Assembly: GCA_041645555.1 (NCBI GenBank)
Contig: JBAZPX010000002.1
Location: forward strand, 8,958 to 72,957
Direction: 5' to 3'
DNA: 64,000 nucleotides
Origin: Patescibacteria group bacterium
Lineage (GTDB): Bacteria > Patescibacteriota > Patescibacteriia > Patescibacteriales > JAQTRU01
Shown here piece after piece: positions 35,497-44,020 of this stretch. The notes beneath the pieces were generated by a model that did not search any database, had not been told where the DNA came from, and saw only the letters and a list, made by a program, of their open reading frames with translations. The translations under genes were made by a program, and so were the position numbers. Each line of letters starts with the position of its first letter. The first letter of the stretch is position 1.

Positions 35497-35832
35497 ATGC
35501 CCATCATTTTAACTGACGAAAATTTTGAAAAAGAAATCCAAAGGCCGGACAAAATGGTCTTAGTTGATTTTTATGCGACTTGGTGCGAGCCCTGCTCTAT
35601 ACTGGCGCCGATTTTAGAAAAATTGGAAAAAGAATTTGAGGAAAAAATTGTTTTACTAAAAGCTAATGTTGATGATACCCAGCTTAATGCCCAGAAATTT
35701 CAAGCGGATCGTATTCCGAGAGTAGTCCTATTTAAAAACGGCAAGCCCATAAGCGCTTTTACCGGGCTTATACCCGAATCCGCTATTAGGGAATGGCTGG
35801 AAAAAATGGTTCAAGGCAATATGCCGTCTTAA
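35497..35832 (+). CDS. trxA: thioredoxin
   Basis: Trx fold length with a WCEPC active site (variant of WCGPC). Confidence 0.9.
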   Translation: MPIILTDENFEKEIQRPDKMVLVDFYATWCEPCSILAPILEKLEKEFEEKIVLLKANVDDTQLNAQKFQADRIPRVVLFKNGKPISAFTGLIPESAIREWLEKMVQGNMPS

Positions 35833-35836
35833 TTAT

Positions 35837-36091
35837 ATGGAAGAAATAATTAAAAATTATTCGGAATATGCGGAGAAAAATGGTTTTCACTTGAATCCGG
35901 ACGGAAAAACCGTTGCCAGAGTGATAAATGGATTATTGGAAAATGAAAAGAAAAAAGGCAAAAGATACTGCCCTTGCCGGGGATTAAGCGGAAACCAGGA
36001 AGAGGACTTAAAAAAAGTCTGCCCTTGCGCTTATCATAAAGAGGAAATTGCCAAAGACGGCAGATGCTATTGCGGGTTATTCACAAAGTAG
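35837..36091 (+). CDS. ferredoxin-thioredoxin reductase catalytic-subunit-like protein
   Basis: AEKNGFHLNPD ... YCPCR ... CPC ... CYC cysteine pattern, resembling the FTR beta CPC/CPC/CHC pattern. Confidence 0.7.
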   Translation: MEEIIKNYSEYAEKNGFHLNPDGKTVARVINGLLENEKKKGKRYCPCRGLSGNQEEDLKKVCPCAYHKEEIAKDGRCYCGLFTK

Positions 36092-36099
36092 TTTAAAGT

Positions 36100-37059
36100 A
36101 TGAAATTTTTTATAAAAAAGACAGCTTGGTGGGTTTTATATTTAGTGGCATTTTTATCATTCTGTTTTGCCGTTAAATATTTTTCGGAGAAGAATTTAGT
36201 TTCCGCTTTTATCGTTTTTCCGATTTCAATGCTGGCTTACACAATTCTTATAATGAAAGACATAAAATTTCTTGGCTGGTTATCTTTTTTTACCATGGCT
36301 GGGGCGTCTTTCATGATATTCGCCGTTACGGGCGAACAAGTTGATGGCGCTTTCCCGAGCGGTCCGGACGAAAGAACGTTTTTATTGGCCTTTGCGCTAA
36401 TTCTCTCTTTCCTTCTTTTTAACTCTATCTTTTGGGCTAAAACAAAACGAGGCTGGAAGAAAGCGATAGCTTTGATTTTTATAGTCTTATCGGTTTTATA
36501 TTCATTGCTATTCGGGCTAAGCTCCCCGACCTATTATCAAAATTTTATCTACACGCGGATCTTTATATTAATTCTTCTTATTCTTAGCATTTTTTTAATT
36601 AAAAAAGGCGGAAAAGTTCAAAAAATTCTGGGGATTTTAGGCATATTTTTATCAATAGGCGCGCTCCTTTTAAGCGCCTTGCTGTTTGCCGGCCGGACCT
36701 ATCCGCTTGAAGAAAAAGAGAGAGGAGAAGTTATCGCTTTTCTTGAACCGAAAGCCAAAGAAATGTTTGATTACTATAATAAAGAAGATTATAATAATTT
36801 TTGTAAATATTGCGGGTCGCAATTAAAGTATCTTTTTGTTACAAATATTTCTCCCTTGATAGAAAGGAGAAAAGCATCCGGCCCGTATACGGACTTTGGC
36901 GAACCCAAAGTTAAGCGCGAAATGGGCCGTTATTATGTGGAATATCCCGTAAAATTTCAAAATGCAGAAAATCTTTTCTATATAACGTTCGTGCTGGAGA
37001 ACATTTCTCCCGACGCCACTATCTTTGGGTTTGAAATTTCTGACAAGCAAGAGCAGTAA
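36100..37059 (+). CDS. hypothetical polytopic membrane protein with soluble C-terminal domain
   Basis: About six hydrophobic helices, then a ~110-aa hydrophilic tail. Confidence 0.55.
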   Translation: MKFFIKKTAWWVLYLVAFLSFCFAVKYFSEKNLVSAFIVFPISMLAYTILIMKDIKFLGWLSFFTMAGASFMIFAVTGEQVDGAFPSGPDERTFLLAFALILSFLLFNSIFWAKTKRGWKKAIALIFIVLSVLYSLLFGLSSPTYYQNFIYTRIFILILLILSIFLIKKGGKVQKILGILGIFLSIGALLLSALLFAGRTYPLEEKERGEVIAFLEPKAKEMFDYYNKEDYNNFCKYCGSQLKYLFVTNISPLIERRKASGPYTDFGEPKVKREMGRYYVEYPVKFQNAENLFYITFVLENISPDATIFGFEISDKQEQ

Positions 37060-37092
37060 AATAAAAAAAATTAAAATAATAATCTTACGCAT

Positions 37093-38034
37093 TTGCGCAA
37101 AGAATACCAAAAAATATCGGACTTATATAATTTAGGCCTGATAAAAAATGTTGCCTGCTTGCGCCAAGGGCTTATCGTTCCTAAAGCAGTTATAGAAACG
37201 CCAAAAGGGAAGTTTATAGTTTCCCAACATAAATTATCAAACAAAAAAAATATCATCAGTAAATCCGAAACGTCTCTGCGATACGAAATCAGTTTGCTGG
37301 GAACTTTAAAAGATTTGCCTGTCCCGCATTACCTAAAGTCCGTTAATAATAAATTTATAGAAAAATTTGGTGATCGCTGGCTGACTGTAAATAAATATAT
37401 CGAGGGTAAAAACCCGAAAACGATAACTCCGGCTATGGCCCGCCAATTAGGCAGTTTTCTCGGAAGTTTTCATAGAAAAGGCAGAAACTTTAAAAAGATA
37501 ATAAAACAAAGACGGAAATTCTATGATTTAAACCCGAAAGTGATGAGGGAAATGCACTCTTCTGTTAAAAGGCAAAAAAACAAAAAATTAAGGGCGGTAG
37601 TGGAAGAAGTAAAAGCTGGGGTAATAGAAAATTTTCCGCCTCCTAAATTACCGACTGGACCGATACACGTTGACATAAAACCGGAAAACGAACTTTTTTT
37701 CAAAGGAAAATTAACAGGAATCGTTGATTTCGGTAATTTTTACATCGGCACCTTGATGGTTGATTTAGGCAAAACCATAATGTGGAATTGCTGCCGGAAC
37801 AAAAAAATTGATAAAAAACTTTTAAAAGAATTTATCAAGGGCTATGGAAGCAAGAGAAAACTAGGGCTGAAAGAAACCCTCTATTTAAAAAAATCAATCC
37901 TTTACGCCATTTACAGCCATATCTGGGTGGATTTATACCATATACCCTTCAAATACGTGCCAGAATCCTATGTTTTGTCTTTAGTTAATAATTTTTTGCC
38001 AGTAGCGAGGAAGATTATTTTAGAGGCCAAATAA
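37093..38034 (+). CDS. protein-kinase-like phosphotransferase (APH / homoserine kinase II / CotS family)
   Basis: IHVDIKPENELF catalytic loop and IVDFGNFYIG. TTG start as in the ORF track. Confidence 0.7.
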   Translation: MRKEYQKISDLYNLGLIKNVACLRQGLIVPKAVIETPKGKFIVSQHKLSNKKNIISKSETSLRYEISLLGTLKDLPVPHYLKSVNNKFIEKFGDRWLTVNKYIEGKNPKTITPAMARQLGSFLGSFHRKGRNFKKIIKQRRKFYDLNPKVMREMHSSVKRQKNKKLRAVVEEVKAGVIENFPPPKLPTGPIHVDIKPENELFFKGKLTGIVDFGNFYIGTLMVDLGKTIMWNCCRNKKIDKKLLKEFIKGYGSKRKLGLKETLYLKKSILYAIYSHIWVDLYHIPFKYVPESYVLSLVNNFLPVARKIILEAK

Positions 38035-38111
38035 ATTTTATTTTTTGTCAAAAAAACCGCTTAGAGGACTTGTGATTGTCCAAATAAGCGGTATTTGCTT
38101 CTCCCGGTAAA

Positions 38112-38306
38112 TTACGGCCTTTGCATTTCAGGGCCCTGCCACGGGAGATCGTGGGGATCATGTTGAGGGCGGAAAGGCCCGCCCCGAGGAGCAGATGTGG
38201 GGTTGTGCTGAGGCGGAAAGGGGTGCAAAGAGACGGCGAGATCAACACCTTTTTTGCCCACTTCTCCACCCTGATTTTTGGTTGCGGTAGCTTTTTTGTT
38301 ATCCAT
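38112..38306 (-). CDS. GC-rich 64-codon Pro/His-rich ORF with strong expression signals (could instead be a structured RNA)
   Basis: GGGAGG Shine-Dalgarno 4 nt before the ATG. Consensus promoter upstream and terminator downstream. Internal ~28-nt direct repeat. Confidence 0.35.
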   Translation of the reverse strand: MDNKKATATKNQGGEVGKKGVDLAVSLHPFPPQHNPTSAPRGGPFRPQHDPHDLPWQGPEMQRP

Positions 38307-38352
38307 CGTACCTCCCTTTTTTGTGAAAGGTTGAATTTTATTGGATTAAAAT

Positions 38353-38381
38353 ATTTTAGTATAAAATTAATTTGCTGTCAA
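38353..38381 (-). promoter_or_regulatory. near-consensus sigma70-like promoter
   Basis: On the minus strand: TTGACA, 17-nt spacer, TAAAAT. Confidence 0.5.
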
Positions 38382-38410
38382 GAGGAACAAATTTATGTTA
38401 TAATCAAGGC

Positions 38411-38881
38411 ATGAGCAGAGAATTGCGACAATCAATTTTAATTTTTTGCCTCTTGCTTCTTTTCTGGGCAAGCGGAGCCGTAGTTGATACGGCTTTGTGG
38501 GGGCATGAAACTTACCGCACGCCAGACTGGCTAGTTAAAAATCTGCATTTATTCTGGCTGGTTTTAAATCAATTTTTATTGCCCTTGCTGGTTTTACTGG
38601 TCATAAAGCCGAAATTAAATACCCTGATTTTGTATTTATCCGCTTCCTTTTCCGGCAGCGTTTTATGGGATTTAATTTATTCCGCCTTAACGCGCGGAGA
38701 ACTAATCAGTAATAGCCTGGAAAGATGGTTTACGCTTGATTTTTTAAATTTGGTAATCGGGATAGGGGAATCACAGGCAATTTATTTTCATATTTTCCGG
38801 CTCTTAGCAAGCGCCGCGCTATTTTACTGGCTGTATCGCCGTTTAAAAAAAGAGCATTTTGTTTCTAATCAGAAGATATGA
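38411..38881 (+). CDS. hypothetical membrane protein (probably leaderless mRNA)
   Basis: TGTTATAAT extended -10 ends 6 nt before the ATG at 38411. Four or five hydrophobic helices. Confidence 0.55.
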   Translation: MSRELRQSILIFCLLLLFWASGAVVDTALWGHETYRTPDWLVKNLHLFWLVLNQFLLPLLVLLVIKPKLNTLILYLSASFSGSVLWDLIYSALTRGELISNSLERWFTLDFLNLVIGIGESQAIYFHIFRLLASAALFYWLYRRLKKEHFVSNQKI

Positions 38882-38897
38882 TAAAATATTACTAAAT

Positions 38898-39830
38898 ATG
38901 GGGGAAGAAAACTTACAAAACAAAAGTCAGGAAAAGGAAGCAAGTATAAGCCGTTATCCGTCTAACAAAAAACTAGCTTTGGGGTTATGGCTGATTGAGA
39001 ATAGGAAAAAATTCAGAGCAGCTTTGGTTATATTTCTCGCCTTAGTAGCCGGGGTTTCCTGGTCTTATACGATTTACGGCTTTGCTTATTATCTTGCCAA
39101 GGGAATGAATGAGGACGAAATTTTAGCCAGGCAGATTGTCCAAGACCAGGTGGTTGGGCATGATTATATTTTAAAACTGGCGCCAACGGACCTTATTTTT
39201 TCCTCGCCGCAAATTTTTAAGGGCAATGAAGATAAATATGATTTTTTAGTAGAAATAAAGAACCCTAATTTAAGGCACTGGGCGAGTTTTAGCTATTGCT
39301 TTTTTGCCAACAGCAAAGAAGCGGATTGCGGCGAGAGTTTTATTCTCCCCGAAGAGACAAAAATCGTTTCGGCTTTGGCCAAAACTTTTAAATCAAGGCC
39401 AACCATAGCGACTTTTTCCGTAAAAAAAATTACCTGGTTAAGGGTTAACCCGCGCCAGTTTCCCAACTGGGAAAATTTTCGCGACGAGCATCTTAATATT
39501 GCCGTGGAAGGCGTAAAATTCACCCCGGCCGCGGAAAGCGGCTTGTCGGAAAAAGTAAATTTAAATAACCTGGAGTTCACTATTACCAATAAAACCCCGT
39601 TTAATTACTGGGAAGTCCCTTTTAATATTCTTCTTTACCGGGGGAGTTCAATCAGCGGCCTAAACAGGTATACCGCCTTAGAATTGATGTCAAGAGAAAA
39701 GCGCAAGGTGGAGATGAGCTGGCTGGGCGGCTTAAGCGCTTCTGATGATATAAAAATTGTTCCGGAAATTAATATCTTTAAAGATGGTATTTATATTAAA
39801 TACGAAGGAGGAATAGGGGAGGAGAAATAG
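38898..39830 (+). CDS. hypothetical single-pass membrane protein
   Basis: ATG at 38898, a TM helix near aa 45-65, and a beta-rich ectodomain. Confidence 0.55.
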   Translation: MGEENLQNKSQEKEASISRYPSNKKLALGLWLIENRKKFRAALVIFLALVAGVSWSYTIYGFAYYLAKGMNEDEILARQIVQDQVVGHDYILKLAPTDLIFSSPQIFKGNEDKYDFLVEIKNPNLRHWASFSYCFFANSKEADCGESFILPEETKIVSALAKTFKSRPTIATFSVKKITWLRVNPRQFPNWENFRDEHLNIAVEGVKFTPAAESGLSEKVNLNNLEFTITNKTPFNYWEVPFNILLYRGSSISGLNRYTALELMSREKRKVEMSWLGGLSASDDIKIVPEINIFKDGIYIKYEGGIGEEK

Positions 39831-39921
39831 AATGGGATAATTGGGATCCTTGGGATTCTTAGGATTATCTCAAATGTCTCAAAAATTCCAAGAGTCTCAA
39901 AAATCATACATACAACAACCA

Positions 39922-41028
39922 ATGTTTAATAAAATATCATTATATTTAAAGAACTTTGACTGGATATTGTTTTTCTCCGTGTTCTTGCTGTCTTGTTTCG
40001 GCTTAGCGGAAATCTACAGCGTAGCTTTGGGCCAGGAAACAGTAAGTTTGCTTAATTTTAAAAAGCAGATTTTTTTTATCGGCGTCGGGGTTATGCTTCT
40101 GTTTTTTTTCTCTTTTCTGGATTACCGCTTTTTAAGGAACTCAAGCCATTATCTTTATCTTCTGGGCACCGCCGTCTTAATCATTGTCTTGATTTTCGGG
40201 GAAACGGTAAGAGGCACGCGCGGCTGGTTTTTTTTCGGCACCTGGAGTTTCCAGCCGGTGGAATTTATAAAAATTATTTTAATCATATTTTTGGCCCGCT
40301 TTTTCTCGGTTCTCGCCACTCAATTAAGGCCCTGGAAGCATCTTATTCTGTCCGGTGCGGGCGGATTGCTCTTTGTAATCCTAATTCTTCTCCAGCCTGA
40401 TTTCGGTTCGAGCTTAATTTTACTTTTAATCTGGCTGGTGATGGTGATTATGGCCGGCTTCAATAAAAAGCATCTTTTGATCATCGCTTTAATTCTTTTA
40501 ACCGTCCTGGCCGGGCTTTGGATGTTTTCTTTTAAAGATTACCAGAAGCAGCGCGTCCTTACTTTCCTGGATCCTTCCTTTAGCCCCCTGAAACAAGGTT
40601 ATAATGTCGCTCAGGCCATAATCGCTGTCGGCGCCGGCGGACTTACCGGCCGGGGCATAGGTTTCGGCTCCCAGTCCCAGCTTAAATTTCTCCCCGAGGC
40701 CCAAAATGACTTTATTTTTGCGGTTACTTCCGAGGAATTGGGATTTTTTGGCGTTTCCCTTATGATTTTTTTCTTTGCCGTTTTCTTTTACCGGTGCCTC
40801 TCTAACCTTAACAAAGTAAACAATGATTTCGGCATATTTTTTATTCTAGGCGCCGTGGGCTTGATTTTTATGGAAATGTTTATTAATATTGGTATGAACA
40901 TAGGAGTTTTGCCCGTAGTGGGGATTTCCCTGCCTTTTGTCAGCTATGGCGGCAGTGCCATATTTTCCGCCTTTATTTTAGTGGGTATTATAGAAAGCAT
41001 TATAATCAGGTCAAAAATTAACTACTAA
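39922..41028 (+). CDS. SEDS family protein (FtsW/RodA/SpoVE)
   Basis: About ten TM helices; QPVEFIKI, GSQSQLKFLPEAQNDFIF, SYGGSA motifs. Start set at MFNKISLYLKNFDW. Confidence 0.85.
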   Translation: MFNKISLYLKNFDWILFFSVFLLSCFGLAEIYSVALGQETVSLLNFKKQIFFIGVGVMLLFFFSFLDYRFLRNSSHYLYLLGTAVLIIVLIFGETVRGTRGWFFFGTWSFQPVEFIKIILIIFLARFFSVLATQLRPWKHLILSGAGGLLFVILILLQPDFGSSLILLLIWLVMVIMAGFNKKHLLIIALILLTVLAGLWMFSFKDYQKQRVLTFLDPSFSPLKQGYNVAQAIIAVGAGGLTGRGIGFGSQSQLKFLPEAQNDFIFAVTSEELGFFGVSLMIFFFAVFFYRCLSNLNKVNNDFGIFFILGAVGLIFMEMFINIGMNIGVLPVVGISLPFVSYGGSAIFSAFILVGIIESIIIRSKINY

Positions 41029-41030
41029 AC

Positions 41031-41126
41031 CCCCACGAATTACAAATCCTTTACAAATTTACGAATTCCATTAAAAACGTTCCAAGATAATATTTGTATA
41101 TTCGTAATAAATTCGTAATTCGTGGG
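41031..41126. repeat. stand-alone ~96-nt palindromic element (family C, both arms)
   Basis: Left arm CCCACGAATTACAAATCCTTTACAAATTTACGAAT. The reverse complement of the right arm (41092-41126) is 33/35 identical to 26614-26648. Confidence 0.7.
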
Positions 41127-41134
41127 ACAATAAT

Positions 41135-41818
41135 ATGACTAAACAAATAAAATTAGAAGCTACAGCAAGAACCAAGAAAAAGGGGGAAAAAATAAGGAAG
41201 GACGGATTTATTCCGGCGGTTTTATACGGACCGAGCACGGAGAGCAGAAATTTGAAAATAAAGAAAATCGATTTTGAAAAAAATTTCGCTTTAGCCGGGG
41301 AATCGAGCCTGATTGACCTGACTATTTCCGAAGAAAAACCGGTTAAAGTTCTGATAAAGGAAGTGCAGAAAGAGCCCTTAAAAGACGCAATTATCCATGT
41401 TGATTTGTATCAGGTGGATATGAATAAAGAAATCACGACTGAAATTCCTTTGCATTTTATCGGCGAATCCGAGGCGGTAAAGGAACTAGGCGCAGTTTTA
41501 GTCAAAACTATTGATAGCGTGGGGGTGGAATGTTTGCCGGGAGACTTAGTAAGCCATATTGATGTTGATCTATCGACTTTAAAGAATTTTCATGACGCCA
41601 TAAAAACAGACGACTTAAAGCTGCCGGCCGGGATGAAGCTGGTTAATGAAACGAATGATATTGTGGTTAATGTGATAGAACCGAAAGTTGAAGTTGAAGA
41701 AATTCCGGCGGAAGAAGTTCCGGCCGAGGGCGAAGAGGCGGAAGCGGGCAAAAAAGAAGAGGGAGATGAAAAAAAAGAAGCCGAAGCGCCGGCCAGGGGA
41801 GGCAAGAAAAAAGAATAA
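41135..41818 (+). CDS. rplY: 50S ribosomal protein L25/Ctc with acidic/Lys-rich C-terminal tail
   Basis: RKDGFIPAVLYG, IKEVQKEPLKDAIIHVDLYQV motifs. Confidence 0.9.
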   Translation: MTKQIKLEATARTKKKGEKIRKDGFIPAVLYGPSTESRNLKIKKIDFEKNFALAGESSLIDLTISEEKPVKVLIKEVQKEPLKDAIIHVDLYQVDMNKEITTEIPLHFIGESEAVKELGAVLVKTIDSVGVECLPGDLVSHIDVDLSTLKNFHDAIKTDDLKLPAGMKLVNETNDIVVNVIEPKVEVEEIPAEEVPAEGEEAEAGKKEEGDEKKEAEAPARGGKKKE

Positions 41819-41843
41819 AACTTTAAATAAATCCCGTTCTAGG

Positions 41844-42986
41844 ATGCGGGGTAAAAGGAGGATGGTTATAAGAGATCTCAAAAATTCTTCCGTTTCTGAA
41901 ACGAAAGAGAAACAAGACGGCAAACCCGCCGGTCCAAATTGGCGGATTATTTGCTATGTTTTTATTATCATATTCTTAGTCCTTACTTTTATAACTTTTA
42001 CTTATTTAATCACTTTTTATCCTGATTTATTCAACCAGATAGGCCGTAATTTAAATACCTTAGGGAACAGCCAGCCAACGGAAAATATTTGTCCCGGCTG
42101 CTTGCCCCGTTCTATTGATGGCTATCCGGTTCCGGCCGGGAATGAAAATTTATTCCCAGTGGCCGTGGTTATAGACAACCACCCTGACGGACGGCCGGCC
42201 TTTGGCCTCAAGGAAGCCGATTTGGTTTATGAAGCCGAAGCCGAGGGCGGGATTACCAGATATTTGGCCTTTTTTGCCAGCGGAGAAGATATAGAAAAAA
42301 TAGGGCCGGTGAGGAGCGCTCGGCCTTATTTCGCTGACTGGGTAAAGGAGATGTCCGCTCTTTTTGTCCACTGCGGCGGCAGCCCGGAAGCTTTGGTAAA
42401 AGTATATAAAGAGAATATTTTTGACTTCAACGAATTTTACCAGGGCTCTTATTTCTGGCGCGACGAAAAGAGGCCAGGCCCCTATAATGTTTTTACTTCC
42501 TCGGCCAATTTGGGAAAATATTTAGAAAGTAAAAATTTAACCGAAGGCAAATTTTTAAGCTGGCAATTCAAAGAAGAGGAGCCGGCAGGGCAAGAAACCG
42601 AAGATATAGAAATAGGTTTTAAATCTCCTGGTTTTGTGGTAAAATGGAAATATGATAAAATAGACAATGAGTATATCCGGTATCTGGCCGGAGAGATTCA
42701 GCTTGACGGCCAAGGCAATAGTGAAATCCGGGCGAAAAATATTATTATCCAGTCTGAAGAGTCAAAAGTGCTTGATAAAGAATTAAGGTTAAAAGTTGAA
42801 ACTCTGGGCAAGGGCAAGGCCGTTATTTGTTTGGACGGCGGCTGCCGAGAAGGGGAATGGCAGAAGAGCAGCTCGGCCGCCCGCACCAGGTATTATATTA
42901 ACGGGGAAGAGGTAAAATTCAATCCCGGAAAAATTTGGATAGAAGTAGTCAGACCGGAATTAGAAATAACTTATCCCGTTAAATAA
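41844..42986 (+). CDS. DUF3048 domain protein, membrane-anchored
   Basis: PVAVVIDNHPDGRPAFGLKEADLVYEAEAEGGITRYLAFF. The ORF-track N-terminal extension overlaps rplY and is discounted. Confidence 0.7.
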   Translation: MRGKRRMVIRDLKNSSVSETKEKQDGKPAGPNWRIICYVFIIIFLVLTFITFTYLITFYPDLFNQIGRNLNTLGNSQPTENICPGCLPRSIDGYPVPAGNENLFPVAVVIDNHPDGRPAFGLKEADLVYEAEAEGGITRYLAFFASGEDIEKIGPVRSARPYFADWVKEMSALFVHCGGSPEALVKVYKENIFDFNEFYQGSYFWRDEKRPGPYNVFTSSANLGKYLESKNLTEGKFLSWQFKEEEPAGQETEDIEIGFKSPGFVVKWKYDKIDNEYIRYLAGEIQLDGQGNSEIRAKNIIIQSEESKVLDKELRLKVETLGKGKAVICLDGGCREGEWQKSSSAARTRYYINGEEVKFNPGKIWIEVVRPELEITYPVK

Positions 42987-43030
42987 TCGCCAGCCGAATT
43001 TAGCATGAATTACTAATAAATTTAATTCAT

Positions 43031-43504
43031 ATGAAAAAAAATAATTTGACGGGGTTCACCCTGATAGAACTTTTAGTGATTATTTCTATTATCGGATTTT
43101 TAACTGTGGCGGCACTTTTTAGCTTTAATATCGTAAGGATGCATTCCCGGGATGCCATCCGGGTTGGAAATGTCGCTACCCTGAACCGGGCTTTGGCTAT
43201 GTATATGAACGACCAGGACGGTTATCCAATTTCCTCCGGTGAATGCCTTAAGGCAACTAGCGGCCCGGGTAAAGACGTGCTGGATGCTGATGTAATTGTT
43301 GAGATCCCCCTTGACCCGCTTTGGCCAACAACCATACCGGCAAGCGTTAATGAAGACGGTTATGCCGAAGGCGCGGCCAGCAACTTCTGCTATTATTATA
43401 TGGGAACAAATCAAAATTATTATATCAGCTACTACCTTGAGTCAAATTCAAAATCGGGCTCAGCCGGCATTCATGTCACCACTCCGGCCGGAGCGCAAAA
43501 TTAA
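43031..43504 (+). CDS. type IV pilin-like protein (prepilin N-terminal cleavage/methylation domain)
   Basis: MKKNNLTG|FTLIELLVIISIIGFL class III signal. Confidence 0.85.
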   Translation: MKKNNLTGFTLIELLVIISIIGFLTVAALFSFNIVRMHSRDAIRVGNVATLNRALAMYMNDQDGYPISSGECLKATSGPGKDVLDADVIVEIPLDPLWPTTIPASVNEDGYAEGAASNFCYYYMGTNQNYYISYYLESNSKSGSAGIHVTTPAGAQN

Positions 43505-43520
43505 ATAAAAAAAGGAGCGA

Positions 43521-44018
43521 ATGGAAAATTTAACTGGTCTAAAATTAAGAAAAATAACTTTTATTATTCTTGTTTGCTGCTTGGCGGCAATTTTTTTTTC
43601 GAGCTTTAATCTGATTATTGCCAAAGCTCATGATGTAAAAAGAAGGGCTGATATAAAAATTTTGACCAAAGCCCTTGACCTTTACCACGATAAATACGGC
43701 GTTTACCCCGAGTCTGATGATGATCAGCGGGGGTGGGATTTAACTTATGACCCAAAGGCAGGAGAAGCCCGTTTTTTAACTATTTTAAAAGAAGAAGGAT
43801 TTATGGATAAAATGGCGGCAGACCCGATGAATAACGCCACTTTCCTTTACCGCTACCAAAAATACCCGTCCGGCAGTTTCGGCTGCAATCAGTCTTTTTA
43901 TATCCTGCAAATTTTGAATTTCGAATTGCCGACAGACAATACCGGACGGGGAATATGTCCGGAAATAAACTGGGGGGAAGATGCGCCGAACGGCTACACT
44001 ATCCAGGCCTTTGACTAA
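43521..44018 (+). CDS. pilin-like protein with degenerate prepilin signal
   Basis: Hydrophobic N-terminal helix. The AHDVKRRADIKILTKALDLYHDKYGVYP block parallels SRDAIRVGNVATLNRALAMYMNDQDGYP in the neighbouring pilin. No FTLIE motif. Confidence 0.5.
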   Translation: MENLTGLKLRKITFIILVCCLAAIFFSSFNLIIAKAHDVKRRADIKILTKALDLYHDKYGVYPESDDDQRGWDLTYDPKAGEARFLTILKEEGFMDKMAADPMNNATFLYRYQKYPSGSFGCNQSFYILQILNFELPTDNTGRGICPEINWGEDAPNGYTIQAFD

Positions 44019-44020
44019 AT

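Noticed and set aside
38121-38414. 97-aa plus-strand ORF and the 73-aa minus-strand ORF (38048-38269) in the GC-rich unit.
   Set aside because: Neither has a start context. The only frame with a promoter, Shine-Dalgarno and ATG is 38306-38112, and even that may be non-coding.
41688-41843. Lys/Arg-rich N-terminal extension of the DUF3048 ORF (MKLKKFRRKKFRPRAKRRKR...).
   Set aside because: It is the alternative-frame reading of the acidic GAA/GAG-rich tail of rplY and overlaps that gene. A start at 41844 (or 41862) is more plausible.
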